Assembly (NCBI GenBank): GCA_021463865.1
Contig: JAJTXY010000017.1
Location: forward strand, 20,635-84,634
Source of the DNA: Anaerolineae bacterium
GTDB lineage: Bacteria; Chloroflexota; Anaerolineae; Aggregatilineales; J027
Reading direction: 5' to 3'
Length of the DNA stretch: 64,000 bases
Below the pieces are notes generated by a model, which was given only the letters and a program-made list of their open reading frames with translations, was not told the DNA's origin and searched no databases. Shown piece after piece: positions 1-11,300 of the stretch (the first letter of the stretch is position 1; every line of letters begins with the position of its first letter). The position numbers were made by a program, and so were the translations under genes.

Positions 1-2
1 TG

Positions 3-293
3 GTCAATGCAATTGTACTCATCAATGTGGAACGTGGGCAGGTCAACCCCGTTGCCCAGCAAATTATTGACATTGATGGGGTTACGGATGTTTTTTCCAT
101 CGCGGGTCGTTACGATCTCGCCGCCATTTTGCGAACTGAATCTAATGAACACGTTGCAGAAATTGTCACGGTAACGATTCGGGGTATTAAGGGCATCCTT
201 GCCACTGAAACCCTGATTGCTTTCAAAGCCTATTCCAAGTCGGACCTTGATGCGGCCTTTAGTATCGGAAATGAAGAAATCAACAACAAGTAG
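3..293 (+). CDS. Lrp/AsnC-family regulator, C-terminal effector-binding domain only (5' end cut by window edge)
   Basis: The reading frame stays open back to nt 3 (VNAIVLINVERGQ...), so the listed GTG at 27 is probably internal. The pattern GVTDVFSIAGRYDLAAILRTES...ETLIAFKAY is typical of the Lrp/AsnC ligand-binding fold. Confidence 0.6.
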   Translation, partial: VNAIVLINVERGQVNPVAQQIIDIDGVTDVFSIAGRYDLAAILRTESNEHVAEIVTVTIRGIKGILATETLIAFKAYSKSDLDAAFSIGNEEINNK

Positions 294-301
294 GACACCA
301 A

Positions 302-661
302 ATGCGTATTCTGTATCTCGAAGATGACCCCGCCAACCTCGCACTCTTTGATCGTATTGCTCAACTCTATGGGGATGAAATTATCACCGTCGCCCACCCT
401 GAAGATGCCATTGCTGAATTACAATCTGACGCATTCGATCTGATCGTCGCCGATGTGTACTTGGGCACAGGTGTGATGGATGGCATTGAATTTGCCGAAT
501 ATCTACGAAGTGCTGGTCTGCAAACTCCCATTATTTCAATCACCGCCTACGATTTTGAAGAATATGAACGCCGTAGCGAAGAAGCAGGCACGGAATATCA
601 TATTGTCAAACCCATTGCGGTGAATGACCTCATCGCCGTTATTAACCAGTTTCGGGCCTAG
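302..661 (+). CDS. Stand-alone response-regulator receiver (CheY-like) protein
   Basis: 119 aa. All receiver signature residues are present: acidic pair in LEDDP, phospho-acceptor Asp in DLIVADVYL, Thr in ISITAY, Lys in IVKPI. There is no output domain. Confidence 0.85.
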   Translation: MRILYLEDDPANLALFDRIAQLYGDEIITVAHPEDAIAELQSDAFDLIVADVYLGTGVMDGIEFAEYLRSAGLQTPIISITAYDFEEYERRSEEAGTEYHIVKPIAVNDLIAVINQFRA

Positions 662-682
662 TCGCCTTCAGGATGATGACGG

Positions 683-2305
683 GTGTCCGCTGAAAATCCT
701 TCACCAAGTCGTCATCCCATTTTACAGTTTGCCTCTCAATTAACCCGCTCCGACCTCCTGCTCATCCTATTGATTGGGCTGGTGGCTTTTTCGGCGCGGG
801 TGATACCCGAACCCCGAACCGTTGACGATGCCTTTATTACTTTTCGCTACAGTCGCAATCTCGTCGAGGGGGAAGGCTTCGTTTATAACTCCGGCAGCAA
901 GGTATTGGGGACTACTACCCCGCTTTATGCCCTGCTGATGGCGGGTTTTGGTGGCATTATGGGCGATCATTATCAGTGGTACGCCCTATTCATCAATGCC
1001 CTTGCCGATACCCTTTCCGTTGTGCTGCTTTATCTGCTGGCCCGATATTTAACAGGCAGCCGTCTGGCGGGTGGGCTTCTGGGCCTGCTTTGGGCGCTTA
1101 TCTCGTACAGCGTCACCTTTGCGATTGGCGGCATGGAAACTAGTGTCCACAACCTGTTCATGATTGCCGCATGGGTCGCCTATCTGGATAAACGGCGCGG
1201 TTGGGTTGGGGCGTTGGTAGCGTTAGGTCTCCTGACCCGCCCTGATGCCTTACTATGGGCCGCCCCGCTGATGCTCCATCAATTATGGACAGCGTGGCGT
1301 GAGCGCACTCCCCATCAAAAACTATGGACATGGTTGCCCTTGCCGGACTACGTTGCTGGCTTAATCATTGGCCTCCCTTGGGTTATCTTTGCCACCCTCT
1401 ATTTTGGCAGTCCGCTCCCCCATACTATTGGCACAAAATCGGTGGTCTATCAAGTGGATGGCACGCAGGCCTTGATTAAGATGTTGCAACAATTCGCCAA
1501 CCCGATTGACCAATTTGAAATTTTGGGGCCAGTCGTCGGCACAGGTATCGGCTTGATTTTATTTCCCTTTCTGGCATTGGTCGGGATGCGGGCGATGTTA
1601 AAACCGCATCCCCGGACTCTGCCGATTTTTCTCCATGCGTGGCTATATCTCATCGTCTTTAGTACCACCAATCCCTTAATTTTCCGCTGGTATCTGACCC
1701 CGCCCATGCCCGCCTATTTATTGGCTATTGTCTGTGGAGCATATTCATTAGGCCAGTCGCTCACTCCGTCAATCGGAGCACAACGGCTCAAAATCGTCGC
1801 CTATACCCTGAGCGCGTTTGCCATATTGTGTGTGCTGGCAGGTTGGCAGCTAAAGCCCGACCATCGCCCCAATCGCCCCGCTCCCAAAATGGCTTTCCAC
1901 GAAATTGAGCTGAATTATCAAACCGTTGCCGAGCGCCTTGTCCGCGAAGAGAATATCGGGCCAGATACCCTCGTTGCGGCTGGGGATATTGGCGCAGTAG
2001 GCTTTTTCAGCCATGCCCATATTCTGGATACTATCGGCCTTGTCACCAGCGACTTAAATCGCTACTACGAAATAGAAGGCTATGACGACCTTATTCCTGA
2101 AGATGGCAATTATGCTATCCCGCCCCAGATGATTTTTGACCGCCAGCCCGATTACATCATTACAATGTTAGATTTTGTCAAACTTGGTTTACAACAAGAC
2201 CCGCGTTTTGCCGAGCAATATGAACTCCTCTACGAAATCAAAACGGATTATTATGGCGGCGCGATGCTGGTCTATAAGCGCATTAGCCCTGCCGCTGCCG
2301 AGTAG
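683..2305 (+). CDS. Polytopic membrane protein, putative GT-C-fold glycosyltransferase (DD motif type)
   Basis: 540 aa with a GTG start 21 nt after the receiver stop. About a dozen hydrophobic segments. An Asp-Asp motif (TVDDAFITFRY) lies directly after the first TM helix, the position of the catalytic acidic motif in GT-C enzymes. The C-terminal ~130 aa are soluble. The function is an inference. Confidence 0.55.
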   Translation: MSAENPSPSRHPILQFASQLTRSDLLLILLIGLVAFSARVIPEPRTVDDAFITFRYSRNLVEGEGFVYNSGSKVLGTTTPLYALLMAGFGGIMGDHYQWYALFINALADTLSVVLLYLLARYLTGSRLAGGLLGLLWALISYSVTFAIGGMETSVHNLFMIAAWVAYLDKRRGWVGALVALGLLTRPDALLWAAPLMLHQLWTAWRERTPHQKLWTWLPLPDYVAGLIIGLPWVIFATLYFGSPLPHTIGTKSVVYQVDGTQALIKMLQQFANPIDQFEILGPVVGTGIGLILFPFLALVGMRAMLKPHPRTLPIFLHAWLYLIVFSTTNPLIFRWYLTPPMPAYLLAIVCGAYSLGQSLTPSIGAQRLKIVAYTLSAFAILCVLAGWQLKPDHRPNRPAPKMAFHEIELNYQTVAERLVREENIGPDTLVAAGDIGAVGFFSHAHILDTIGLVTSDLNRYYEIEGYDDLIPEDGNYAIPPQMIFDRQPDYIITMLDFVKLGLQQDPRFAEQYELLYEIKTDYYGGAMLVYKRISPAAAE

Positions 2306-2373
2306 TGAGCCTACGTTTCCTCAACCGTGTAATTACATCACGTGGGCCTGCCGTGTAGATTTGTCCACCCCTC

Positions 2374-2382
2374 TGCTATAAT
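2374..2382 (+). promoter_or_regulatory. Candidate extended -10 promoter element (TGcTATAAT) upstream of the flippase-like gene
   Basis: TGCTATAAT lies 29 nt upstream of the TTG start at 2411, in the only >100-nt gap of the first 20 kb. No good -35 element is present. Confidence 0.35.
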
Positions 2383-2410
2383 GGCGCGGCGTTAAACTTT
2401 CTGGAACGAG

Positions 2411-3457
2411 TTGAGTGCGTTGAAAAAGTGGCTGACCTTTGGCCTCGGCGCGGTAGTCAGTATGGGGATTTTTGTCGCGTTGGTTGGCTCGGAACTGGAT
2501 GCAGTACAAAATGAATTGGCACGGGCGCGTTACATTTATCTGCTGCCGTGTGCTTTGCTGCTGTTTGCTGGGCTACTGACGCGGGCCATGCGCTGGCATA
2601 TCCTGTTGGATAAAAAAGTCAGTGTGTGGCACAGTTTTCATATCATGAATGTCGGCTACTTTGTCAGTTCCATTCTGCCTTTCCGCATTGGTGATTTCGC
2701 ACGGGCATGGCTGACTAGCCGCCTCAAATCACCTGTTTCTGGGTTTACCTCGCTTAGTACCATTGTGGTCGAGCGTTTAGTTGACCTGCTATTTGTTGTG
2801 TTGGTGTTGGGGGTCTGCCTTGCCGTTTTGGACGTCCCCCGCGAAGTTACCTCCGTCGGCGTGTTAATGGGCACTGCCGCGCTAGTCGCCCTGATGACCC
2901 TCAGCATTTTTTCTGCCCGACCCGCATTAGCCAAATCCATCTTAAATTGGGTCGAAAGCTGGCTGCCAATTTTGCGCCGCTTAAAATTAGATGAACGGCT
3001 TGACCATATCTTGATAGGCTTTGCACCGATTGGTCGCCCCAAAACTGCTTTGACCGTTTTTTTCTGGACGGCCTTTTCGTGGTTTTTTTCCATTTTGGCG
3101 GGTTACGCTCTTCTATTCATGCTCTTTGACAACCCCAGCATCGAAGCCGCCGCTCTGTTTGTCGTCTTGGGGTCGTTCTCCGTCGCCCTGCCCGCCGTCC
3201 CCGGCAATCTTGGCCCATTTGAAGGTGCTGTCGTGGGTGGATTATGGATTGCAGGGCTAATTGAGAAAGCCACCGCCCCCGAAAACGCTCCAGCGATTGC
3301 TTTTGCCGCGATTTTGCACGCCCTGTTGATTGCCCTGTATATTATTTTTGGGCTGATCGGACTGTATGTCGAACACACCTCGGTACGACAGGTGCGGCGC
3401 GGCGCATCTACTCTGACCGAACATGACATAAAAATATTGGCGGAGGGGGTATCGTGA
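2411..3457 (+). CDS. Flippase-like UPF0104 / lysyl-phosphatidylglycerol-synthase-TM-domain family membrane protein
   Basis: 348 aa with a TTG start and 8 or more TM segments. The RAMRWHILL motif after TM2 and the overall layout are typical of the UPF0104 (LPG_synthase_TM) family often found next to glycosyltransferases. Confidence 0.7.
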   Translation: MSALKKWLTFGLGAVVSMGIFVALVGSELDAVQNELARARYIYLLPCALLLFAGLLTRAMRWHILLDKKVSVWHSFHIMNVGYFVSSILPFRIGDFARAWLTSRLKSPVSGFTSLSTIVVERLVDLLFVVLVLGVCLAVLDVPREVTSVGVLMGTAALVALMTLSIFSARPALAKSILNWVESWLPILRRLKLDERLDHILIGFAPIGRPKTALTVFFWTAFSWFFSILAGYALLFMLFDNPSIEAAALFVVLGSFSVALPAVPGNLGPFEGAVVGGLWIAGLIEKATAPENAPAIAFAAILHALLIALYIIFGLIGLYVEHTSVRQVRRGASTLTEHDIKILAEGVS

Positions 3458-4689
3458 ACCACACTACACCCGCTGAAGAAATTGTGACTTTATTAGACAA
3501 TTATCGAGAGACAGACCGCCCTTTGCGAATTTTGGCGGCCCTGCAATTTTATCTACCTCATCGCACGGGCTATTCTCTGCACGTTCAGCGCGTCGCCGAG
3601 GGATTAGCCGCACGCGGTCATCACGTCACGGTCTTAACGGCCCGCCATCATATTGACCTGCCCCGCGATGAAACCATTAACGGCGTGCGGATTGTACGCC
3701 TTTGGGCACCCATCAAGGTCAGCCGGGGCATGGTGATGCCTGCGTATCCTTGGTCAATGTGGGGCTTTCTGCGCCAAAATGATGTCGTCTGGCTCAATTT
3801 GCCCATGTTGGAAACCGCCCTGACCGCTTTTTTGGCGCAACGGGCACGGCGCGGCCTGATCGCCACCCATCACGGCGATTTATTGTTGGGGCCGGGATTA
3901 AAAAACCAATTTATTCAATGGTTCACCTTCCAAAATTATCGTTATATGGCAAAACAAGCCAACCGCATCATCGCCTACAGCCACGATTACGCCGACCACA
4001 GCTATTATCTGGAAGATTATCGGGACAAGGTTTCAGTGATTTTCCCGCCCATTCAAATCCCCCATCCCGAACCGCAGCGGGCCGCCGAACTACGTGAACG
4101 CTGGCAGCATAATGGTGGCCCCATCATCGGCTATGCAGGTCGCTTTGTTAAAGAAAAACGCCCCGATCTGCTGATTCGCTCCCTTGAAATCATCAACGAA
4201 CATTATCCCAATGCGCGGGTCGTGTTTGCGGGGGAATATGACATTAAATACGAAAATACATGGGAAGAAAACCAACCGCTGGTACGCCGTTTCGAGGAGC
4301 AGTTGATTTTCCTCGGCCTCATTACCAGCGCCCAAGCCCTTGCCAATTTTTATGCCGCCTGTGATGTCATTGTCCTGCCCAGCGACACGGAATGTTTTGC
4401 ACTGGTACAGGTCGAGGCCATGATGTGTGGCACGCCCATCGTCGCCACCGATATTCCCGGCGCGCGGGTGCCGCTGCAAGAAACGGGCATGGGCAAAATT
4501 GTGCCGCGTGGCGATCATCAAGCCATCGGCGAGGCAGTGGTTGAAATTCTGCAAAATCCTGAGCGGTACCGGCACACCCGCGAAGAAATTGAGACCTTTT
4601 TTAATTACGATGAAACCATCAGCCGCTATGAAAAACACATGCGGAATGCTGCCCGCACCTCGATTTACCACAAAGATGAGGTGCGCTAA
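3454..4689 (+). CDS. Glycosyltransferase family 4 (GT-B, Glycos_transf_1)
   Basis: 411 aa. The GTG start overlaps the upstream stop (GTGA). C-terminal pattern GRFVKEKRPDLLI...VVFAGEY...LPSDTECFALVQVEAMMCGTPIVATDIPG. Confidence 0.85.
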   Translation: MNHTTPAEEIVTLLDNYRETDRPLRILAALQFYLPHRTGYSLHVQRVAEGLAARGHHVTVLTARHHIDLPRDETINGVRIVRLWAPIKVSRGMVMPAYPWSMWGFLRQNDVVWLNLPMLETALTAFLAQRARRGLIATHHGDLLLGPGLKNQFIQWFTFQNYRYMAKQANRIIAYSHDYADHSYYLEDYRDKVSVIFPPIQIPHPEPQRAAELRERWQHNGGPIIGYAGRFVKEKRPDLLIRSLEIINEHYPNARVVFAGEYDIKYENTWEENQPLVRRFEEQLIFLGLITSAQALANFYAACDVIVLPSDTECFALVQVEAMMCGTPIVATDIPGARVPLQETGMGKIVPRGDHQAIGEAVVEILQNPERYRHTREEIETFFNYDETISRYEKHMRNAARTSIYHKDEVR

Positions 4690-5541
4690 ATGGCGGTAGA
4701 TAGACAAACCATAACCCGGCTCACCCGTAATGAGGCAGATATGGCTTTCAAAAAGCGGGTCGAAACCATTTTTGAATGGCTTCCCCCCAGCGATGATCAG
4801 GTGATTTTGGATTGTGCCTGTGGGCGTGGTTTCTATTTGAATTACTATCGGCACATCAGCAGTGTGAAGTTGATTGGGTTGGAACTCGAAGGTGACATTA
4901 TCCGCAAGGCTCAAGGCAATATCGGCCACTTGCCCGATATTTTGTTGACCCAAGCCAATATTTATCACCTGCCCTTTGCCGACAGCAGTTTTGATGGCGT
5001 CATCCTCAGCGAAATTTTGGAGCATGTGGATAACGATGTCGCGGGCCTCAAAGAGGTCTACCGGGTACTGAAACCGGGCGGGGTCGCCGCCATTACCGTG
5101 CCCAACGCCAATTATCCGTTCCTGTGGGATCCCATCAATCGCACGCTGGAAAATGTCTTTCACACCAAAATACGGCGCGGGCCACTGGCAGGCATTTGGG
5201 CCAATCATGTCCGACTCTATACAATCGAGCAATTGCGGAAAGCGGTCTCTTCTGCTGGATTCATGATAGAACAGGAACGTGCCTTTACGCACTACAGCTT
5301 TCCCTTTATTCATAATCTGGTGTATGGTCTAGGCAAACCCTTGCTCGAAAGTGGCCTTATGCCTGATAATCTGGCGGCGGCGGCTGACCGGACAACTTTT
5401 GATCAAAATGATGGCAGTTGGCACAATCCGATTAATCTGGGTTTGGCGGTCTTGAATTTTTTTGACCGTCCCAACAAATTGGATGAGCCGCTGCATCGGA
5501 GTACGGTAAACTTGTGCATCAAAGCGCGTAAAAAAGCCTAA
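4690..5541 (+). CDS. Class I SAM-dependent methyltransferase
   Basis: 283 aa. The ATG immediately follows the upstream TAA. Motif I VILDCACGRGFY, then FDGVILSEILEHV and VLKPGGV. Confidence 0.85.
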   Translation: MAVDRQTITRLTRNEADMAFKKRVETIFEWLPPSDDQVILDCACGRGFYLNYYRHISSVKLIGLELEGDIIRKAQGNIGHLPDILLTQANIYHLPFADSSFDGVILSEILEHVDNDVAGLKEVYRVLKPGGVAAITVPNANYPFLWDPINRTLENVFHTKIRRGPLAGIWANHVRLYTIEQLRKAVSSAGFMIEQERAFTHYSFPFIHNLVYGLGKPLLESGLMPDNLAAAADRTTFDQNDGSWHNPINLGLAVLNFFDRPNKLDEPLHRSTVNLCIKARKKA

Positions 5542-5568
5542 TTTATCCTATGTCTTTTAACCGGACGC

Positions 5569-8310
5569 ATGACTGAATTTATTCCGAATTCCACCCCTGA
5601 AACCACGCCGCCAAGTGCCCCCATCTCTGCACCTGCACGGCCCGTTTTTGATTTCGAGTCACTGACGCTGTGGCAAGCCCTCTGGTTGTTTCTCTATCGG
5701 CCCGGACGGGTTGCCAACGAATTTTGGCGTGTCATTACGGAACCCGACCCAAAATCGCGTCGGCCCGATTCGCGGATTTTACAGGATACCCCGCTCGGTA
5801 GTGAATTTGTCTCCTCCGATATGCCCTATACCCCCGTCATTGACGAGGCGGGGACACTTTTGCCAGAGGAGCAGGCCGCCTTACAAGCCGCTGTCGCCCG
5901 TGCCGATGCCCGTTATCGCAGCAGCGACCTCACCTTACCCGAACCGCCGGAATGGGCCAAAAATCTGCGTTTTGGTCAATATCTGGTCATTGAGAAAAAC
6001 AGCGCCTTACAAGCAGGCATTTTGCTCGTTGGATTTTTCTTCTCGCTAATTGGTATGGGCCTGCTGCGTTCATCGGCTGTTGACCCTCTCAAGCGAGCGG
6101 CGGGTGATACCAATGGTGCATTTTTCTGGCTGTTCTTCGGCAGCATCATCGCCCTAGTTGCAGCGGGGTTGGGCTGGCGTGAAAAATCCAAGCCGACTCG
6201 AACCATCATTGTTGAAGATGAAACTAATGATGCCAGCGATGGTGATTTACTGCAATCCGCTCTCCGCTTTTTCAATCGCCATTCCTTGCGACTCGCCTTA
6301 GTACCCGTAGCCAGCCTATTTGCATGGTTCGCCTATGACAAAAATGTCGCCCTCATCCCGACGACAGGCGAAGTCGAAGCCATTTTTACGACCACTGGTG
6401 TCATTGCTTGGTTCATGGCGACCTTCTTATGGTTTCTTATTTTTGCCGTAGACCTCAATAAAATTGCCCTCAAGCTGCTGGTACGTCCCGATAACATCGC
6501 CCCGTCTACCCCTCCGTCCGCGCCGCACCGTCGCCGATTTCAATTCCGTTGGGCCTATGTCGCCTTAATGCTGATTTTCCTGCTGGCCTGCTATTTCCGT
6601 CTGCATAATCTCGATGGCGTACCCCCAGAGATGACCAGCGATCATATTGAAAAATTGCGAGATGCCTATCGCGTGGATCAAGGGTATCGCGGTATCTTTT
6701 TTGAAAATAACGAGGGCCGCGAAGGGTTTCAAATGTACTTTGCGGCGATTATTGGGGACTGGTTCGGCGTTGGTTTTAATTTCCGCACCCTCAAATATGC
6801 CACCATCGTCGAAGGCCTATTGACCATTTTGCTGGCCTATTGGTTTGGCAAAGAGATGATCGGACGCGAAACCCGCGAACGTCAAGAACTGGGAGATTGG
6901 GTTGGCCTAGCAATGGCGGCCCTCCTTGCCATTAGCTCATGGCACACCATGTTATCGCGCCTCGGTCTGCGGATTGCCCTTACCCCGTTGACCACCCTCA
7001 TCGTCGTGATTTTTTTGGTGCGGGCTGTTCGTTATAACCGCCGCATTGATTTTGTCTTGATGGGCGTAATGTTAGGTATCGGCACCTATTTTTATCAAGC
7101 CAACCGAATGCTGCCCCTTTTGGTTGTGCCGATTGTGCTACTAGCCGCGCTCGCCAAAGCCAAAATCAACTGGAAAATCACTGCCCGTTACATGGTCAAT
7201 TTGGCAATGGCTGGGTTGATCGCATGGGTGATTTATCTGCCCATGTATCGCTACTCGGTAGAAAATCCGGATGCCTTTTGGAAGCGCACCTATGGACGAC
7301 TTTTTGGCAATTACACCTTCGATTGCCGTAATGTTGAAGGCGAAACCCCCAGCTACTGCACCCCCTCAACGACTGTCGTATTGGAACACATTGTGGATCA
7401 CCATGACGTATTGTGGGATAACTATGTCCGTGCGTTTAAGATGTACTCATGGCAAGGCGACGGCATGTGGATTTTGAACGGCAGTGGCTATCCCGCGCTG
7501 GATACCATCACCAACGCCTTATTACTCATGGGGTTGGGCATGTGGGTAGTGCTCATCATCAAACGCCGCGACGTTGCCCTGCTGGCTATTCCTTTAGGGG
7601 TAATTGTGATGCTGCTGCCAAGCACATTGGCACTTACCCAAGTTACCGAAAATCCATCTTTCACCCGCACCAGTGGCACCATCCCGTTCATTTTCCTGAT
7701 GGCGGCCTATCCACTGGGTTTGATGGCCCATGAAGCGACCAGAGCAGGTTATTCACGTAAGCCCTTTGTCGCCAGTTCTGCCCTGCTTGTCACCCTTTTG
7801 GTTGGGCTAGCCATCCCGTCCAACTACGATACCTACTTCAACGTCTATCGGGAAGGTTATGAAATTTCATGGAAGCCCTATACGCAGATTGCCACCCCGC
7901 TGCGTGATTTTGCCGAAACACGTGGCAGTTATGGCAATGCGTTTTATGTACATTCTGAACACTGGCTAGATCATCGAATTTTGGGTACTGTAGCTGGCGA
8001 TTTTGCTTGGCCCAATGGTCTGCTCAAGGCCGAGGATGTTTACCAACACATCGCTGGCAATCAGGGTACAGTCCATCAATATGACCCCACCAAGCCGCTG
8101 TTGTTTATGGTAAACAAATCGAACGTTGCGGGCCTAGAGTGGTTGCAAACCTATTTCCCCGGTGGTGAAGTGCGGGAAATTCGAGTCAAATTCAACAACA
8201 ATTATTATGTCTATGAAGTGCCGGCAGGATGGCAATGGCTGATTATTCGGGTTACGGAGCAAACCGCCCGATGGTCATGTATCACTAACTGTCCCCCCGG
8301 CCCCAAGTGA
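5569..8310 (+). CDS. Large polytopic membrane protein, ArnT/PMT-like (GT39/GT83-type) putative GT-C glycosyltransferase
   Basis: 913 aa. A ~330-aa N-terminal extension carries several TM helices. An ArnT/PMT_2-like core then starts at FRWAYVALMLIFLLACYFRLHNLDGVPPEMTSDHIEKL, followed by many TM segments and a soluble C-terminal ~170 aa. The family assignment rests on pattern only. Confidence 0.55.
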   Translation: MTEFIPNSTPETTPPSAPISAPARPVFDFESLTLWQALWLFLYRPGRVANEFWRVITEPDPKSRRPDSRILQDTPLGSEFVSSDMPYTPVIDEAGTLLPEEQAALQAAVARADARYRSSDLTLPEPPEWAKNLRFGQYLVIEKNSALQAGILLVGFFFSLIGMGLLRSSAVDPLKRAAGDTNGAFFWLFFGSIIALVAAGLGWREKSKPTRTIIVEDETNDASDGDLLQSALRFFNRHSLRLALVPVASLFAWFAYDKNVALIPTTGEVEAIFTTTGVIAWFMATFLWFLIFAVDLNKIALKLLVRPDNIAPSTPPSAPHRRRFQFRWAYVALMLIFLLACYFRLHNLDGVPPEMTSDHIEKLRDAYRVDQGYRGIFFENNEGREGFQMYFAAIIGDWFGVGFNFRTLKYATIVEGLLTILLAYWFGKEMIGRETRERQELGDWVGLAMAALLAISSWHTMLSRLGLRIALTPLTTLIVVIFLVRAVRYNRRIDFVLMGVMLGIGTYFYQANRMLPLLVVPIVLLAALAKAKINWKITARYMVNLAMAGLIAWVIYLPMYRYSVENPDAFWKRTYGRLFGNYTFDCRNVEGETPSYCTPSTTVVLEHIVDHHDVLWDNYVRAFKMYSWQGDGMWILNGSGYPALDTITNALLLMGLGMWVVLIIKRRDVALLAIPLGVIVMLLPSTLALTQVTENPSFTRTSGTIPFIFLMAAYPLGLMAHEATRAGYSRKPFVASSALLVTLLVGLAIPSNYDTYFNVYREGYEISWKPYTQIATPLRDFAETRGSYGNAFYVHSEHWLDHRILGTVAGDFAWPNGLLKAEDVYQHIAGNQGTVHQYDPTKPLLFMVNKSNVAGLEWLQTYFPGGEVREIRVKFNNNYYVYEVPAGWQWLIIRVTEQTARWSCITNCPPGPK

Positions 8311-8317
8311 AACACCC

Positions 8318-11300
8318 ATGACTGACGCCGAGAACCGATTCCCAGAACCGATTGAGACATCCACCGGCCTCGAACCGGATTTAGAACCTGACACCCCATC
8401 GCCAGAATCCTTATCTGATGAGGGTGATGGTGCGTCTATAGCGACTCCCCAGTTTGACTACCGAGAAGCCTCTACTTCGGAAAAAGCCGCCCTTGCCCGT
8501 CGCTATGAATGGGGGATCGCAAAAATCCCTTGGGCAGATGTGTTCTGTGCGCTAGTTTTGGTCGCATTGATGGCAGGTGGCTATTGGATGCGTTCGGTTG
8601 GACGTAACTGGGACGACTATACCCACCTCCACCCCGATGAACGCTTCCTAACACAGGTCGCCAGCGAAATCCACTCCGATTCTCCCTTGCGCCTCAGTCA
8701 AGGCGATACGATTGCCGCCAAAGCCGCCTGCGACAAAAAATATCCTCTGCCCCCAGCAGATGTCTTAAATGCCATGTCCCCCGCCGATCAAGCCGAAGCC
8801 TATGCCGAAGCGGGCAAAGGGGGCTATTTCGATACCGCCTGTTCCAACCTCAACCCGCATAACGTCGGTTATGGTTTTTATGTCTATGGCGAATTCCCGA
8901 CCTTCAACACGCGCATTTGGGCCGAAATTTATAATGACCTCACTGGAGAGAGTTGGTGGACGAGTTATAACGCCGTCCAGTTGGTTGGAAGGGCGGCCAG
9001 TTCCGTCGCCGACACCTTAACGATCTTGCTCATCTTCTTGATCGGGACACGCCTATTTAATCGCTGGGTGGGTCTGTTTGCGGCGGGTTTTTATGCCTTT
9101 GCCGCCTTCCCTATTCAGCAAAGCCACTTCTGGACAGCCGATGTTTTCACGTCCTTCTGGGTGGTGCTGACCATCTATTTCGCCGTACTGGTCATGGACA
9201 ACAGCAGTGCCTATCGCCAGCGGTTTGCGGCACTCCCTTGGGTCGTTGGCGGAATTGCAATCTGGGTTTGGGAGATTGTCGCCCAACAAAGCGATTCCAA
9301 ATGGCTGCATAACCTTGCCAGCACCGATACGGAATTTTACGTCCCATTGTTGATCTATGGTGCAGTTCTGCTCACGATGGGATTTGTCACCAGTCTTGCC
9401 GCCGAACAGCGCCGCACGGGTCTTGAAACCGCCACCTTCGCTGTGAGTGTGGCGGGGCTGTTCATCTTAGCCATATCCGGGATAATCGGTTGGTTCGGGG
9501 CGATTGCAACAGCCTTTGTCGCCCTTGTCCTCATGCTGCTCTGGATTAGCGGAGTACAGACCTTAGGCGGCTATACGGGCTTTTGGACTTGGATAGCAGC
9601 AGCTTATGGTCTGTGGGTATTCGATGGCTTGGCCCATTATGACCAACCAACACTCACCCCACTCGCCGTTTATCTGGTCTTCTTCGTGATTCTAGCGTTT
9701 ATTAGCTCAATTATCCGTCAGCTAAAACCCGCCTCAACCCAATACCCCGCCCATCTCGTCATCATCATATTTCTGCTGGTTTTACTGGCGGTATGGAGTG
9801 CTGCCGCGCTGATTGATGGCACGATTTCCGTCGAGGGCTTTTTCGCCTGTCTGGTATTGGGCGCGATTATTGCCGGAGCGAATGTGGCCGGCTTGCAAGA
9901 TTATGCCGGGTTCGGGTTAGCGTTTGGGGCATCCCTAGCCGGACGTGTCAATGTTGCACCCCTGCTTGGTTTGGTATTGCTGGCCGTCATCATTCGGGGC
10001 TTGTTTACGATTGACCGTCGTGCCCTCCATTTTGAACGCCAACAGCAAATCGCCCGTTTGATGGTCGGTCTCATTATCGCCGCCGTATTGACTATTATGG
10101 CCTTCCGCGTCTTGCAACCTCATGCCTTTAACGGGCCACATATTTACAACCTGAGCATCAACAGCTATTGGCAAGATGACCTGTCCGAAGTCAGAGGTCA
10201 GGTATCGGGCAAAAGCGATTCGCCCCCTAATCACCAATGGGCCAATCGTGTGCCCTATCTATTCCCCCTGCAAAACATTGTCCTATATGGTCTAGGGGTA
10301 TTGCTTGGGGTATCCGCCGTTGTTGGGGTGATATGGGCGGTGGTCAATATATTGCGCCGTCAGCCCAATTGGACGCGGGTTGCCATTCCGGTTGCGTGGG
10401 CCGTCGTCTACTTTGCCTATTTTGGCAAAAATTGGGTCACGACCATGCGCTATTTCTTGCCCATTTACGCGGTCTTGACCCTGATGGCAAGCTGGGCACT
10501 GTGGGAAGCCATCACCATTTCCTATCGCCGCCTTAAAATCAAACCGACCACGCTGCGTCGTCTTGCCTTTGGCCTTTCGACCCTTACGCTTGCCATTGTC
10601 ACGGGCTACACTGCCGTCTATGGCTATGCCTTTACCAGCATTTATCGCCATCAACTCACCCGCGTTGCAGCCTCGCAGTATTTCCAAGAATTTGTCCCCG
10701 GCGATTTTGGCCTGTGGGTCAAACGCAGTGATGGCTCGGAGCGCATGATTAATGTGGGGATTTATCCAACCGCCCAATTCCCCCAAATTGCCCATATCGC
10801 CGATGGGGAATCTATGACAGTTGAAATCGCCCCCGAAACCAATTCGGAATTGGTGAGTGTGGTACTGCATCGTTTGGGCGACCCCAACCGTGACCCCGAC
10901 CTCGAATTGGTCTCGTTGCAAATTTGGTCAAAAGATACGGTGCAAGGCCGTGTCTTATTGGGCGAAAAGACCATCAATGCCGACCTGAACGCGGCGGGGG
11001 GTGATTTTGGAACAGAGTACAGCTTGGAATTTAACCCGCCCCTCATCCTAGCCGCCACGTTGGATTCCGTCACTCCCATTACCTATGAGGTGGTGATTAC
11101 GGCGGAACAGGGCGGCCCGATTATGCTTTCGGCCAACATTTCCGATCCCATCCTGCCGATCAATCCATCGCATATTTCGATGTACCTGCGCGATCCTATT
11201 GCGGACAGTCTCAATATCCAAGAACTCGATTTGCCCGTGTTGGATGAGCTTTCCAACATGGCCTATTTCACTGCCGGTTCACGTCAGGAATACAGCTTCA

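Noticed and set aside
4090-5313. A 407-aa minus-strand ORF spanning the GT4 and methyltransferase genes.
   Set aside because: It lies antisense to two plus-strand genes with clear family motifs. Its translation is low-complexity (G/A/I/F-rich) with no recognisable motif. This is a typical shadow ORF.
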